NCBI GenBank assembly: GCA_041661065.1
Contig: JBAZVD010000001.1
Coordinates: forward strand, 1,089,237 to 1,153,236
Length of the DNA: 64,000 bases
Direction of reading: 5' to 3'
DNA from: Candidatus Peribacteraceae bacterium
GTDB taxonomy: Bacteria > Patescibacteriota > Gracilibacteria > Peribacterales > Peribacteraceae
Shown here: positions 8,309 through 16,281 of the stretch, in pieces
Position numbering within the stretch: the stretch's first letter is position 1
Layout of the letters: the number at the start of each line of letters is the position of its first letter
Translations under genes and position numbers: made by a program
The notes under the pieces: model-generated
Told to the model about the DNA's origin: nothing
The model's database searches: none
What the model saw: only the letters and a program-made list of their open reading frames with translations

Positions 8309-8345
8309 TCATTTCCCATTTTGCATTTCCAATTTCTCATTTCCT
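8309..8345. repeat. Solo heptamer-repeat arm (AATGCAA/TTGCATT family) overlapping the antiporter stop
   Basis: CTCATTTCCCATTTTGCATTTCCAATTTCTCATTTCC matches the right arms at 20761-20807, 21209-21242 and 54518-54550. Confidence 0.7.
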
Positions 8346-10049
8346 CCCCATCACCGCCTTCATCCTCTTGTGGCTGAACTTCAAATGCTCCAAATGCCGC
8401 GCTTTCTCCGTCAAAAACTTCTTCAAGTCCAAACCATATTCCTCGATGAGGAGTGACGTGTGGTAGCCGCTCAGGAACTGCGGCGTGATCACGTAGCTGG
8501 CGCCCAACTGGTAGAGGTGCAGGGCTTCATCCACCTGCTGCGACACCACGATGACGATGGCGTCCTTGTTGGCGGCGCGCACGGCGCGGACGATGAGGAC
8601 GGTGGTGTCGAAATCGCGCAGCGTGGAGACCACCATTTTGGCGCGGCCGAAGTCCAATTCCTCCAGCAGCTCGGCATCGCCCAAATCGCCGTACTTGCAG
8701 TCGATCCCCTCCTTGGCCAATTCCGTGATGGCTTTGGGGTTGTAATCCACCACGAGGAAGGATTTCCGCATTTTCCGCAGGGCCTCCAGGACGTTGAGGC
8801 CGATGCGCTCGTACCCCAGCAGCAGGATATCGTGATCCTTCTGCCGCATGTGCAAGTGCTCATCCACCTTCTTCCCCTGACGCTCGAAGAGGGAGAGGGG
8901 CTGCTGCAGCCAGCCGTAGAGGCGCTCCGCATGGTGGATGCCGTACGTGGAGAGGGCGATGGTGAGCAGGCCCACGAAGGTGACGAAGGAGAGGACGGAA
9001 GGCGGCACGTGGCCGAGGCGTACGCCAAGGGCGACGAGGATGAAGGAGAATTCGCTCACCTGCGCCAAGGCCATTCCCGTGCGGAAGCCCGTGCGCTTGG
9101 TGTACCGCATGCGCCCCATGAGGAACATGATGATGAGCGGGTTGCCGACCAACACGAAGAGCGAGAACACCGCCACGGCGACCAGCTGCTTGGCCACGTC
9201 ATCCAGCACCAGCTGGGAACCGAGCAGCACAAAGAAGATGACGATGAAGAAGTCGCGCATTGGGCGCAGCTTGGCGCCGATCTCGAACCGGTAGGGCGAG
9301 AGGGAGAGGACGATGCCCGCCGCCAGCGCGCCGATCTCCATGGAGAGCCCGAGCGAAAAGCTGAGCGCCGCAATGGCGAAGCACCAGCCGATGGAGAAGA
9401 GGAGGAGCAGTTCCTGCGAGGCGGCCACGGCCTTGAGCAGCCAGGGAAGGAGGAAGAGCCCCGCCACCAGCAGCACCGACGCCAGCGTGAGGCCGCGCAG
9501 CGCCATGCGGCCCAGGATCATCTCCCAACCTTCCGTCCCGCCGTCCATGGAAGAGACGGCCACCAGGAGCAGCATGGCGATGACGTCCTGCACGATGAGG
9601 AACCCCGTGGAAATGCGGCCGTGGAGGGTTTCCAGTTCTCCTGCGTCCGTGAGGAGCTTCATGACGATGATGGTGCTGCTGAAGGTGAGCGCCACCGCGA
9701 CATAGAGCGAGACGACGGGCGCAAACCCCAGGAGGCGGCCCAGCACGTATCCCACCGCGGCGGTGAACACCACTTGTCCCATGCCCGCCACGAGCGACAC
9801 TTTGCCCACCTCTTTGACCACGCGGGGGTTGAGGTTCATGCCCACGAGGAAGAGGAGGAACGAGACACCCATCTGCGAGAAGAGTTCCAGCTCTTCCGTG
9901 GAATGGAGCAGGTTCAACCCGTAGGGGCTCACCACCAAACCCGCCAGCAAATAGCTGATGATCACGGGCTGCTTGAGCGCCCGCATGAGGAGCGCCAGCG
10001 CCACCACTGTGCACACCACGACCGTGACGGTGAGGAGGGTTTCTTGCAT
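8337..10049 (-). CDS. Monovalent cation:proton antiporter (CPA2/Kef-type) with C-terminal RCK/TrkA-N domain
   Basis: About 12 TM segments followed by a Rossmann-like ILLLGYERIGLNVLEALRK...VVDYNP domain. 570 aa. Confidence 0.85.
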   Translation of the reverse strand: MQETLLTVTVVVCTVVALALLMRALKQPVIISYLLAGLVVSPYGLNLLHSTEELELFSQMGVSFLLFLVGMNLNPRVVKEVGKVSLVAGMGQVVFTAAVGYVLGRLLGFAPVVSLYVAVALTFSSTIIVMKLLTDAGELETLHGRISTGFLIVQDVIAMLLLVAVSSMDGGTEGWEMILGRMALRGLTLASVLLVAGLFLLPWLLKAVAASQELLLLFSIGWCFAIAALSFSLGLSMEIGALAAGIVLSLSPYRFEIGAKLRPMRDFFIVIFFVLLGSQLVLDDVAKQLVAVAVFSLFVLVGNPLIIMFLMGRMRYTKRTGFRTGMALAQVSEFSFILVALGVRLGHVPPSVLSFVTFVGLLTIALSTYGIHHAERLYGWLQQPLSLFERQGKKVDEHLHMRQKDHDILLLGYERIGLNVLEALRKMRKSFLVVDYNPKAITELAKEGIDCKYGDLGDAELLEELDFGRAKMVVSTLRDFDTTVLIVRAVRAANKDAIVIVVSQQVDEALHLYQLGASYVITPQFLSGYHTSLLIEEYGLDLKKFLTEKARHLEHLKFSHKRMKAVMGRK

Positions 10050-10057
10050 TTCTGGAC

Positions 10058-10066
10058 AGTATAGCA
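10058..10066 (-). promoter_or_regulatory. Extended -10 box (TGCTATACT) 8 nt upstream of the antiporter ATG
   Basis: The reverse complement of 10058-10066 is TGCTATACT. Only GTCCAGA separates it from the ATG at 10049. Confidence 0.4.
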
Positions 10067-10320
10067 GAAATCGGCGCTCTGATCACCTTCTTTTGGCAAC
10101 CGTAAGCCATGAACATGAGTGCCAGACCGCAAGCGGTCCAGGGAAAGCCGCACGCAAGATCGTACTAGACATACATCAATAACATTATATATTGTATTTA
10201 CTGGAACCCGTTGGTTCCGGATCGGTCTTTGGCAGCAGCACCTTGTTTCCGCTTTCAGTTCTCGTGCGAGAATTGGGAAGCGGAAACAAGATCCATTACT
10301 CATGTATTGCGGAGGAACTC

Positions 10321-10668
10321 ATGGAAAACGACAACAACGTTACAGTGTCTGTGCCCTATACACGGAAGTGGGAATTGCCCTTTTTGCTGGCTGAAGGATG
10401 CCGGCGCGCAGGAACGATAGAATTGGATGAGCGATACTGGGCAGAACAACTCTACAGATCCCCGCACCGTGACTTCACGGCGATCTGTCTGTTGGGCCTT
10501 GTGAAGGTATCCTCTCACGATATTGCTTTGGAGATCTGCTTCACGTTCACGAAGAAGGAGGCTCCAGCATTCCTTCAAGTGCTCTCCGCATTATGCGACG
10601 CACAGGGCGTCGATAATGACGTAGCCCGTGCTATGCAAGAAGTCTGTGCAATCATCCTGAATGGATAA
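10321..10668 (+). CDS. Hypothetical protein (115 aa)
   Basis: ATG at 10321 (MENDNNVTVSVPY...), followed by a terminator at 10683-10710. Confidence 0.5.
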   Translation: MENDNNVTVSVPYTRKWELPFLLAEGCRRAGTIELDERYWAEQLYRSPHRDFTAICLLGLVKVSSHDIALEICFTFTKKEAPAFLQVLSALCDAQGVDNDVARAMQEVCAIILNG

Positions 10669-10682
10669 TGCTGCCAAAGAAT

Positions 10683-10710
10683 CCCCGCCGCTTCGGTGGC
10701 GGGGGTTTTT
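10683..10710 (+). terminator. Rho-independent terminator
   Basis: CCCCGCC-GCTTCGGT-GGCGGGG followed by TTTTT. Confidence 0.65.
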
Positions 10711-10822
10711 GTGTGTTGTTTCCTCCACCCCTACCCCCTCCTCCGCTGGAGGAGGGGAATGTTTGCTGTTTGTGTCCTCCCCTTCCTCCAAAGGAGGAAG
10801 GGGCCGGGGGATGGAGGAGTGA
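10711..10822. repeat. G/C-tract double-hairpin element (CCCCTCCCC family), intergenic copy
   Basis: CCTCCACCCCTACCC, CCTCCTCCGCTGGAGGAGG, spacer AATGTTTGCTGTTTGTGT, CCTTCCTCCAAAGGAGGAAGG, GGGGGATGGAGG. Same layout as 48525-48648 in the opposite orientation. Confidence 0.8.
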
Positions 10823-10871
10823 ACCAAGGAGGAAGGAGCTGGAGGATAGAGGAGCAAGCTACAATCCCCCC

Positions 10872-11426
10872 ATGCGCCCCTTGCACAGAAGCTTCTACGA
10901 CCGCGACACGGTGATAGTGGCGCAGGAGTTGCTGGGAAAACTCCTCGTCCGCCGCGACGGGGAGGTGGTGCGGGTGGGCAAGATTGTGGAGACGGAGGCG
11001 TACCTCGGCCCCCATGACTTGGCCGCGCACTCCGCCCGTGGACGGACGAAGAGAACGGAAGTGATGTTCGGGCCGCCGGGACACGCGTACGTGTATTTGA
11101 TCTACGGGATGCACCATTGCCTCAACGTGGTGACGGAGGGAGAGGGACACGCGTCGGCGGTGCTGATACGGGCGCTGGAGCCCGTGCAGAACCTGTTGGG
11201 ACGCTCAAGCGGCCCGGGGCTCTTATGCGCGGCGATGGGAATCGATCGCACATGGAACGGCCACGATCTCCTCTCCGACGATTTCTTCATTATGAAACCG
11301 GATGATCCCGACGAGCGCATCGTGATCATCAAGCGTCCGCGCGTGGGCGTGGGTTACGCCGGACGGTGGGCGAAGAGGTTGCTCCGGTTCTCCATCAAGG
11401 GGAACCCGTACGTTTCCAAGGCATGA
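10872..11426 (+). CDS. DNA-3-methyladenine glycosylase (MPG/AAG family)
   Basis: FYDRDTVIVAQELLGKLLV...VETEAYLGPHDLAAHSARGRTKRTEVMFGPPGHAYVYLIYGMHHCLNVV...AVLIRALEP. ATG at 10872. Confidence 0.9.
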   Translation: MRPLHRSFYDRDTVIVAQELLGKLLVRRDGEVVRVGKIVETEAYLGPHDLAAHSARGRTKRTEVMFGPPGHAYVYLIYGMHHCLNVVTEGEGHASAVLIRALEPVQNLLGRSSGPGLLCAAMGIDRTWNGHDLLSDDFFIMKPDDPDERIVIIKRPRVGVGYAGRWAKRLLRFSIKGNPYVSKA

Positions 11427-11432
11427 GCCCCC

Positions 11433-12185
11433 TCACTTCAACTCATACGTGAGCGTGACGTACGCCGTCACGTCCTGCTCGCCCGCGGGGAGCGGTACCG
11501 CCATTCCTGCAGCACTGTCCTCGGCGGCTGTTTCCATGGCCGCACGCGCATAGGGCATGGGGGGGATGACGCCGCCGCCTTCGTTGAACCCTTTGATCTT
11601 CCCCAGCCGCATGCCCAAATCCTTCGCCAGCGCCAGCGCCTTCTCCTTCGCCTGCGCAATGGCCTCCTCACGCGCTTCCGCCCGCAAGACCTCCGGGTCA
11701 TCGATGGTGTAGCTCACGTTCCCCGCCTGGTTGGCGCCCGCCGCAGTGGCCGCGCCCAGCACCGCGGACACCTTGTCCAGGTCCCGCACCTTCACGCGCA
11801 GCGTCTCCTGCGCCTGGAACCCGCGCGGAATCTGCCTGCCCTCATCCCAATCGTATTCGGGATTGAGGTAGAACTGCTCCGTGGCGATGTCCTTCTCCTC
11901 GATGCCCGCCTTTTTCACCGCCTCCATGATGTTGTCCATATCCTCCTTGAGCAATGCCATGGCTTCCGCCGCCGTGGCTTTGCGTCCCGTCTGCACCCCG
12001 AACGTCAGCTGCGCGATATCCGGCGCGGCACTCACCTTGCCTTCCCCGGAGACGGAGATGGTGACGGGGGTGGAATCGCGTGATTCCACGTACTTGCCGG
12101 CGAGGAAGAATCCGCCGCCGATGACGACGGCAAGGATCACGGTCCAGGTGATGTTGCGCATGGGAGGAGGGGGAAAATCAGACAT
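11433..12185 (-). CDS. SIMPL/DUF541 family periplasmic protein
   Basis: TM anchor, then ISVSGEGKVSAAPDIAQLTFGV...FYLNPEYDW...GFQAQETLRVKVRDLDKV...AREEAIAQAKEKALALAKDLG. ATG at 12185. Confidence 0.8.
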   Translation of the reverse strand: MSDFPPPPMRNITWTVILAVVIGGGFFLAGKYVESRDSTPVTISVSGEGKVSAAPDIAQLTFGVQTGRKATAAEAMALLKEDMDNIMEAVKKAGIEEKDIATEQFYLNPEYDWDEGRQIPRGFQAQETLRVKVRDLDKVSAVLGAATAAGANQAGNVSYTIDDPEVLRAEAREEAIAQAKEKALALAKDLGMRLGKIKGFNEGGGVIPPMPYARAAMETAAEDSAAGMAVPLPAGEQDVTAYVTLTYELK

Positions 12186-12258
12186 AACGAGACTATGGTA
12201 TCGCAAAAACCCCGCAGGATTGCAGTGACGAAACGGGCAACTGCAATGCAGTGACACT

Positions 12259-12555
12259 CTACAGGAAATGACCATCCTCCCTCCAAATAGGCCCTTTCGT
12301 CTCCCCTCTGAACTGGTCGCGCTCGCAATCCTCGGCATTCATCCCGTATATCGGTTCCCGCTCACGGGAACGGACCGCGCCGATGCGCGAGCCTGTCTCC
12401 GCATCCGGACCGGAGGGAGGCGCAAGACAAACGTAAAACCGCACGCCATACCTCTCGAGCAGCCTGCTGATCTTTTCCGCGACCTCCGGACCAAGCGCTT
12501 CCGCGGTTTCTCGGTCCATAATACCCGATGGGCATTCGGCTGCAGGCTGGGGCAT
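12259..12555 (-). CDS. Hypothetical protein (98 aa)
   Basis: ATG ORF filling the gap between sufC and the SIMPL gene on the same strand. Confidence 0.4.
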   Translation of the reverse strand: MPQPAAECPSGIMDRETAEALGPEVAEKISRLLERYGVRFYVCLAPPSGPDAETGSRIGAVRSREREPIYGMNAEDCERDQFRGETKGPIWREDGHFL

Positions 12556-12586
12556 GGGCGCAGTATCCGTCGCCCGTTGCAGAAAA

Positions 12587-13381
12587 TCAATCCAGCGCTA
12601 TCTTCACGGTTCCCTCTTCGCGCACGCCGTACTTGGCATACCCGTTCTTCTCCAATTCCCGCGCCAGCGTCGCGCCGCCGCTCTCCACGATCTTCCCCTT
12701 GACCATCACATGGACGCGGTCCGGCGCAACGTACTCCAGGAGGCGCGCGTAGTGCGTGACGATGAGCGCGCTAAAGGACGACGAACGCATCCGATTGATT
12801 CCATCGGCGACGGTTTTGAGCGCATCGATATCCAAGCCCGAATCCGTCTCGTCCAAAAGCGCAAGCCGCGGCTGAAGGATGCGCATCTGCAGCACCTCCG
12901 CCTTCTTCTTCTCCCCCCCGCTGAACCCTTGGTTCAACGACCGCTCCGCGAACGCGGAATCCATCTTCAGTTCCTCCATGCGCTCCTCCAGCATCTTCTT
13001 GAACTTGATGGGGGAGATCCTCCGCGCCTTGGGATCCCGCGCGGAAAGCTGCGCATTGGCGGCGGCGAAGAGGAAGCTGCGGAGCGTGACGCCGGAAATC
13101 TCCTTGGGATACTGAAAGGCCAGGAATAACCCGGCCGCCGCCCTCTCCCACGGCTCCAGCGTGAAGAGATCCCTGTCCAAGAACGTCGCCGATCCCTTCG
13201 TGACCGTAAAGGCCGGATGCCCCATGAGCGTGCTCACGAGCGTGGACTTGCCCGAGCCGTTGGGCCCCATGATCGCATGGATCTCCCCTTCGTTGATCTC
13301 CAAGCCGACCCCCCGCACCACGTCCTTCCCTCCCACAGAGACGTGGAGATCGGGGATGGTGAGGAGGGGGGAGGGGGTCAT
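12587..13381 (-). CDS. sufC: Fe-S cluster assembly ATPase SufC
   Basis: Walker A GPNGSGKST, ABC signature FSGGEKKKAEVLQM, Walker B LALLDETDSGLD. Confidence 0.95.
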   Translation of the reverse strand: MTPSPLLTIPDLHVSVGGKDVVRGVGLEINEGEIHAIMGPNGSGKSTLVSTLMGHPAFTVTKGSATFLDRDLFTLEPWERAAAGLFLAFQYPKEISGVTLRSFLFAAANAQLSARDPKARRISPIKFKKMLEERMEELKMDSAFAERSLNQGFSGGEKKKAEVLQMRILQPRLALLDETDSGLDIDALKTVADGINRMRSSSFSALIVTHYARLLEYVAPDRVHVMVKGKIVESGGATLARELEKNGYAKYGVREEGTVKIALD

Positions 13382-13389
13382 GGGGAAAG

Positions 13390-13395
13390 ATTGTA
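13390..13395 (-). promoter_or_regulatory. -10 box TACAAT 8 nt upstream of the sufC ATG (leaderless candidate)
   Basis: The reverse complement of 13390-13395 is TACAAT, followed by CTTTCCCC and then the ATG (13381). Confidence 0.4.
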
Positions 13396-13470
13396 GCGTA
13401 TTACGTATTACGTATCCCGTATGACGTATACAGGAACAATACGCGATACGTAATACGTTCTACGCAATAC
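13396..13470. repeat. Heptamer hairpin (CGTATNN / NNATACG family)
   Basis: Left arm CGTATTA CGTATTA CGTATCC CGTATGA CGTATAC, loop AGGAACA, right arm ATACGCGATACGTAATACGTTCTACGCAATAC. Lies in the sufC/ferredoxin divergent region. Confidence 0.9.
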
Positions 13471-13505
13471 CCCTCCAAGGCTCCTTCCGCTACACTCTTC
13501 TCGCT

Positions 13506-13781
13506 ATGCCCAACATCACCTTCACCTACGCCGGCCAAACCAAGACCGTCCAGGCCGACGCCGGCAAAACCCTCCTCCAGATCGCGCTCGATAACCAAAT
13601 CCCCATGGAGCACGCGTGCGGCGGCAACGGCTTCTGCACCACCTGCCTGTGCAAGGTGAAGGCGGGGGCGGAGAACCTGACCCCGCACAACGACCGCGAA
13701 CAGATGATGGGCGTGGAAGGAGATGACCGTCTGGGGTGCCAGGCGACGGCGAACGGCGATGTGGCGGTAGACATATCGTAA
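13506..13781 (+). CDS. 2Fe-2S ferredoxin
   Basis: The C-x4-C-x2-C...C pattern (HACGGNGFCTTCLC ... LGCQA) in a 91-aa beta-grasp-sized protein. Confidence 0.85.
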   Translation: MPNITFTYAGQTKTVQADAGKTLLQIALDNQIPMEHACGGNGFCTTCLCKVKAGAENLTPHNDREQMMGVEGDDRLGCQATANGDVAVDIS

Positions 13782-13805
13782 GGACGCGGCACGCCGCGAC
13801 CCTCC

Positions 13806-14570
13806 TCACACCCGCGCCAGCGAGAGCAGCTTCGCCTTCACCTCTTCATCGTACGGCTCCAGCTTGTTGATGCGGCGGTATACCTCCTCCGCCTTGTCCG
13901 TCTGCCCCAATTGCATGTAGCACTCGGCGAGAAGATGGAGGAGCTGCGTATCGCGCGAGAGGCGCACGCTCGCCTTCTCCAGCAGCGGCGCCGCTTCCTC
14001 ATACCTGCGCGCGGCGATGCAAGCGCGGCCGAGCGCGTAGGACCGTTCCGGCACCTGCGGTTCGCGGTTGAGCGCTTCCTGGTACGCCTGGCAGGCTTCC
14101 ACGTACTTGGCTTGGCGGTAGTAGGCGAGGCCGAGGTTGCTGAAGAACGACACGTCCTGGCGCTGCTGGAGGAGCTCCTTGTACAACGCCTCCGCCTTGT
14201 TCTCGCGCCCCGTTTGGAGGTAGAGCTTGGCCAGTTCCGCCTGCACGTCGATCGCGTGCGGCTGCACCGTGAGGGCTTGGATGTAGAGGCGTTCCGCATC
14301 GTCGATCTTGTTCTGCGCCAGCGCCTTCTCCGCCTGGCGCGAGAGGGAGCGGACTTGCTGCAGTTCGATGGCGGACGCGCGCGGGTTGCGGTGCGGCCTA
14401 AAGATGCGCTTCTCCTCTATGAAGCTCATGCCCCTCTCCTCCGCCTGCTGCAGGCGCTGCTTCATGCCGCGCACGAAGCGCCGCACGCCGCGGTGCCGCA
14501 GGAGCATCCGCACCCCGAAGAGCAGGACAATCCCGAGGAGGGAAACGGTGAGGACGTAGATATATACCAT
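13806..14570 (-). CDS. TPR-repeat protein with N-terminal TM anchor
   Basis: MVYIYVLTVSLLGIVLLFGV, then repeated TPR-like AxxxYxxAL units. Confidence 0.75.
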   Translation of the reverse strand: MVYIYVLTVSLLGIVLLFGVRMLLRHRGVRRFVRGMKQRLQQAEERGMSFIEEKRIFRPHRNPRASAIELQQVRSLSRQAEKALAQNKIDDAERLYIQALTVQPHAIDVQAELAKLYLQTGRENKAEALYKELLQQRQDVSFFSNLGLAYYRQAKYVEACQAYQEALNREPQVPERSYALGRACIAARRYEEAAPLLEKASVRLSRDTQLLHLLAECYMQLGQTDKAEEVYRRINKLEPYDEEVKAKLLSLARV

Positions 14571-14683
14571 ACGGCTGTTACCGGGATCTTGAGCCTAGCA
14601 CTCGCCAAAATATGAGGCAAGGGAACAATTGGGAGTGTATCGCAAGGGAAAGGCTCTTTTCAGTTGTTGGTGCCGTGGATGAG

Positions 14684-14833
14684 CGGTGAGCTCTCAGCTG
14701 TCAGCCTTCAGCTGCCGGCTTCCGGCAGAGTGACCATTCGGCAGCGATGAGTCTTCAGCGGTCAGCGGACAGCCTTCGTTCAAGCTGCGCCGGAAAGACC
14801 ACTGACCGATGAGAGCTGGAAGCTGAAAGCTCC
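14684..14833. repeat. Heptamer-repeat element (CAGCNNT / GCTGAAAG family)
   Basis: TCAGCTG TCAGCCT TCAGCTG CCGGCTT CCGGCAG ... CTTCAGCGGTCAGCGGACAGCC ... GCTGGAAGCTGAAAGCTCC. Abuts the holB stop. Confidence 0.85.
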
Positions 14834-15826
14834 TCACGTACTACTCACGGCAAACACGAACTTCTGAAGAACCAACGGCCGGGAAACGTTCGTCTGCAAA
14901 TCCCCCACAAGCGCGGTGAGCGCCTCCGCGCACCGGGGATCCATCCGCTCCCGCTCTTCTCTCAACGCGAGCGAGAGGTGGAGGAGCGCGCGCGAGGCCT
15001 CCTCGCCGCGGTCGCTGAGCGGCTCCAGCAGCTTGAGGCGCTCCGCCAAACTCCCCGCGCCCCAAAAGCCCTGCGCCCATGCGGCGCGCTGCCGCTCCTT
15101 GCGCAGGAGGTCGGGATCCGCCTTGAGCCGCATCACCATCCCCGGCGCCCCCTGCGCCACCCTCAGCAGGAATTGTGCGTCATCCGGCGGCATGCCGCCC
15201 GCGAGCGGCTTCATCTCCTGCGGCGAGAGGGAGGCAAAGCGCAGCACGCGCGAGCGGGAGACGAGCGTGGGAAGGAGGTGGGAGGTGGAGACGCCGGTGA
15301 GGAGGAACACCACACCCTCCGGCGGTTCCTCAAGGATCTTGAGCAGCGCGTTCACGGCTTCTTCCTGCAGGCGCTCCGCGGAGCGAATGAGGCAGCAGCG
15401 GAAGGCGCCCGTGCCCACCTCGCGCAGGCGGTCCTGCAACGCGCGGATGTCGTCAATGCCGATGGTGTCGGTCTTGGCCGTGGGCTGCTTGCTGCGGTGC
15501 GCTTGCGGCACGTTGGAACTCTTGGCAATGACGTCGAAATCCTCGCACACCTCCTCAATCCACAATTGGTCTATCACCAACAGGTCGCGGTGGAGCAGCT
15601 TGTCGATCTCCTGCTCCGCCCTCTCCCGCCCCTCCTCGGGCACGCCCTCCGTGAGCAGCTTCTTGGCGAACCACTTGGCCACGGTGAACTTGCCCAAGTG
15701 CTTCCTCCCCGTGAACAGATAAGCATGCGCCACATTCCCCGTCTCCAGGTCCGAGAGGAGGGATTGGATCTGGTCCTTGTGACCGATGATGGAGGAGGGT
15801 GAAGACAGGGAGATAGTATATGTCAA
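14834..15826 (-). CDS. holB: DNA polymerase III subunit delta' (HolB)
   Basis: AHAYLFTGRKHLGKFTVAKWFAKKLL and RCCLIRSAERLQEEAVNALLKILEEPPEGVVFLLT (clamp-loader boxes). The start codon is TTG at 15826. Confidence 0.85.
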   Translation of the reverse strand: MTYTISLSSPSSIIGHKDQIQSLLSDLETGNVAHAYLFTGRKHLGKFTVAKWFAKKLLTEGVPEEGRERAEQEIDKLLHRDLLVIDQLWIEEVCEDFDVIAKSSNVPQAHRSKQPTAKTDTIGIDDIRALQDRLREVGTGAFRCCLIRSAERLQEEAVNALLKILEEPPEGVVFLLTGVSTSHLLPTLVSRSRVLRFASLSPQEMKPLAGGMPPDDAQFLLRVAQGAPGMVMRLKADPDLLRKERQRAAWAQGFWGAGSLAERLKLLEPLSDRGEEASRALLHLSLALREERERMDPRCAEALTALVGDLQTNVSRPLVLQKFVFAVSST

Positions 15827-15843
15827 AAAGGATAGTCCGCGAG

Positions 15844-15876
15844 AAGGACTTAGGAATTAGGACAGAGGACTTAGGG
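15844..15876. repeat. Heptamer arm (AGGANNT family), left arm flanking the four-helix-bundle gene
   Basis: AAGGACT TAGGAAT TAGGACA GAGGACT TAGGG. Overlaps the stop codon at 15871-15873. Confidence 0.9.
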
Positions 15877-16242
15877 AGTGCTCATTTTGGCCATCTTCGT
15901 AATGAGCGCATTCAACATACGATGCACCTCCTGACCCTGTTTCAAAAGGTTGTCTCGCTGTTCCAGATCAATGTACTTCACTCCATAACAATAGTAGAGG
16001 AATGAAATAATCTCCACGAGTTCTCCACGGGCTTGGACGTACTTATGCATCTTATCGGGATAGGTATACCTCCCGAATCCTTCTGCGATATTCGCTGCAA
16101 CTGAAAGGCTCGCTCGCCGCATTTGCGATGTTAATTCATAGAGTTCAGTCTTAGGAAAGGACTTCGTCATCTCATGGATGCTTAGTGCGAGTTCCATCGC
16201 TTTCTTCCATGGGCCGAATTCCGTGAAGTCCTGCATTGTCAT
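15871..16242 (-). CDS. Four-helix-bundle protein (23S rRNA intervening-sequence protein / Avd family)
   Basis: FGPWKKAMELALSIHEMTKSFPKTELYELTSQMRRASLSVAANIAEGFGRYTYPDKMHKYVQARGELVEIISFL is the hallmark pattern of the TIGR02436/PF05635 family. Confidence 0.85.
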   Translation of the reverse strand: MTMQDFTEFGPWKKAMELALSIHEMTKSFPKTELYELTSQMRRASLSVAANIAEGFGRYTYPDKMHKYVQARGELVEIISFLYYCYGVKYIDLEQRDNLLKQGQEVHRMLNALITKMAKMSTP

Positions 16243-16245
16243 ATA

Positions 16246-16277
16246 CCCTAAGTCCTAAGTCCCCTGTCCTAAGTCCT
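16246..16277. repeat. Heptamer arm, right arm flanking the four-helix-bundle gene
   Basis: CCCTAAGTCCTAAGTCCCCTGTCCTAAGTCCT is an imperfect inverted copy of 15844-15876. It starts 4 nt upstream of the ATG. Confidence 0.9.
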
Positions 16278-16281
16278 CGCT

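Noticed and set aside
13396-13470. The possibility that the short tandem repeats are CRISPR arrays.
   Set aside because: The repeat period is 7-9 nt with no spacers. The units form inverted arms of a single hairpin, and no cas genes are present.
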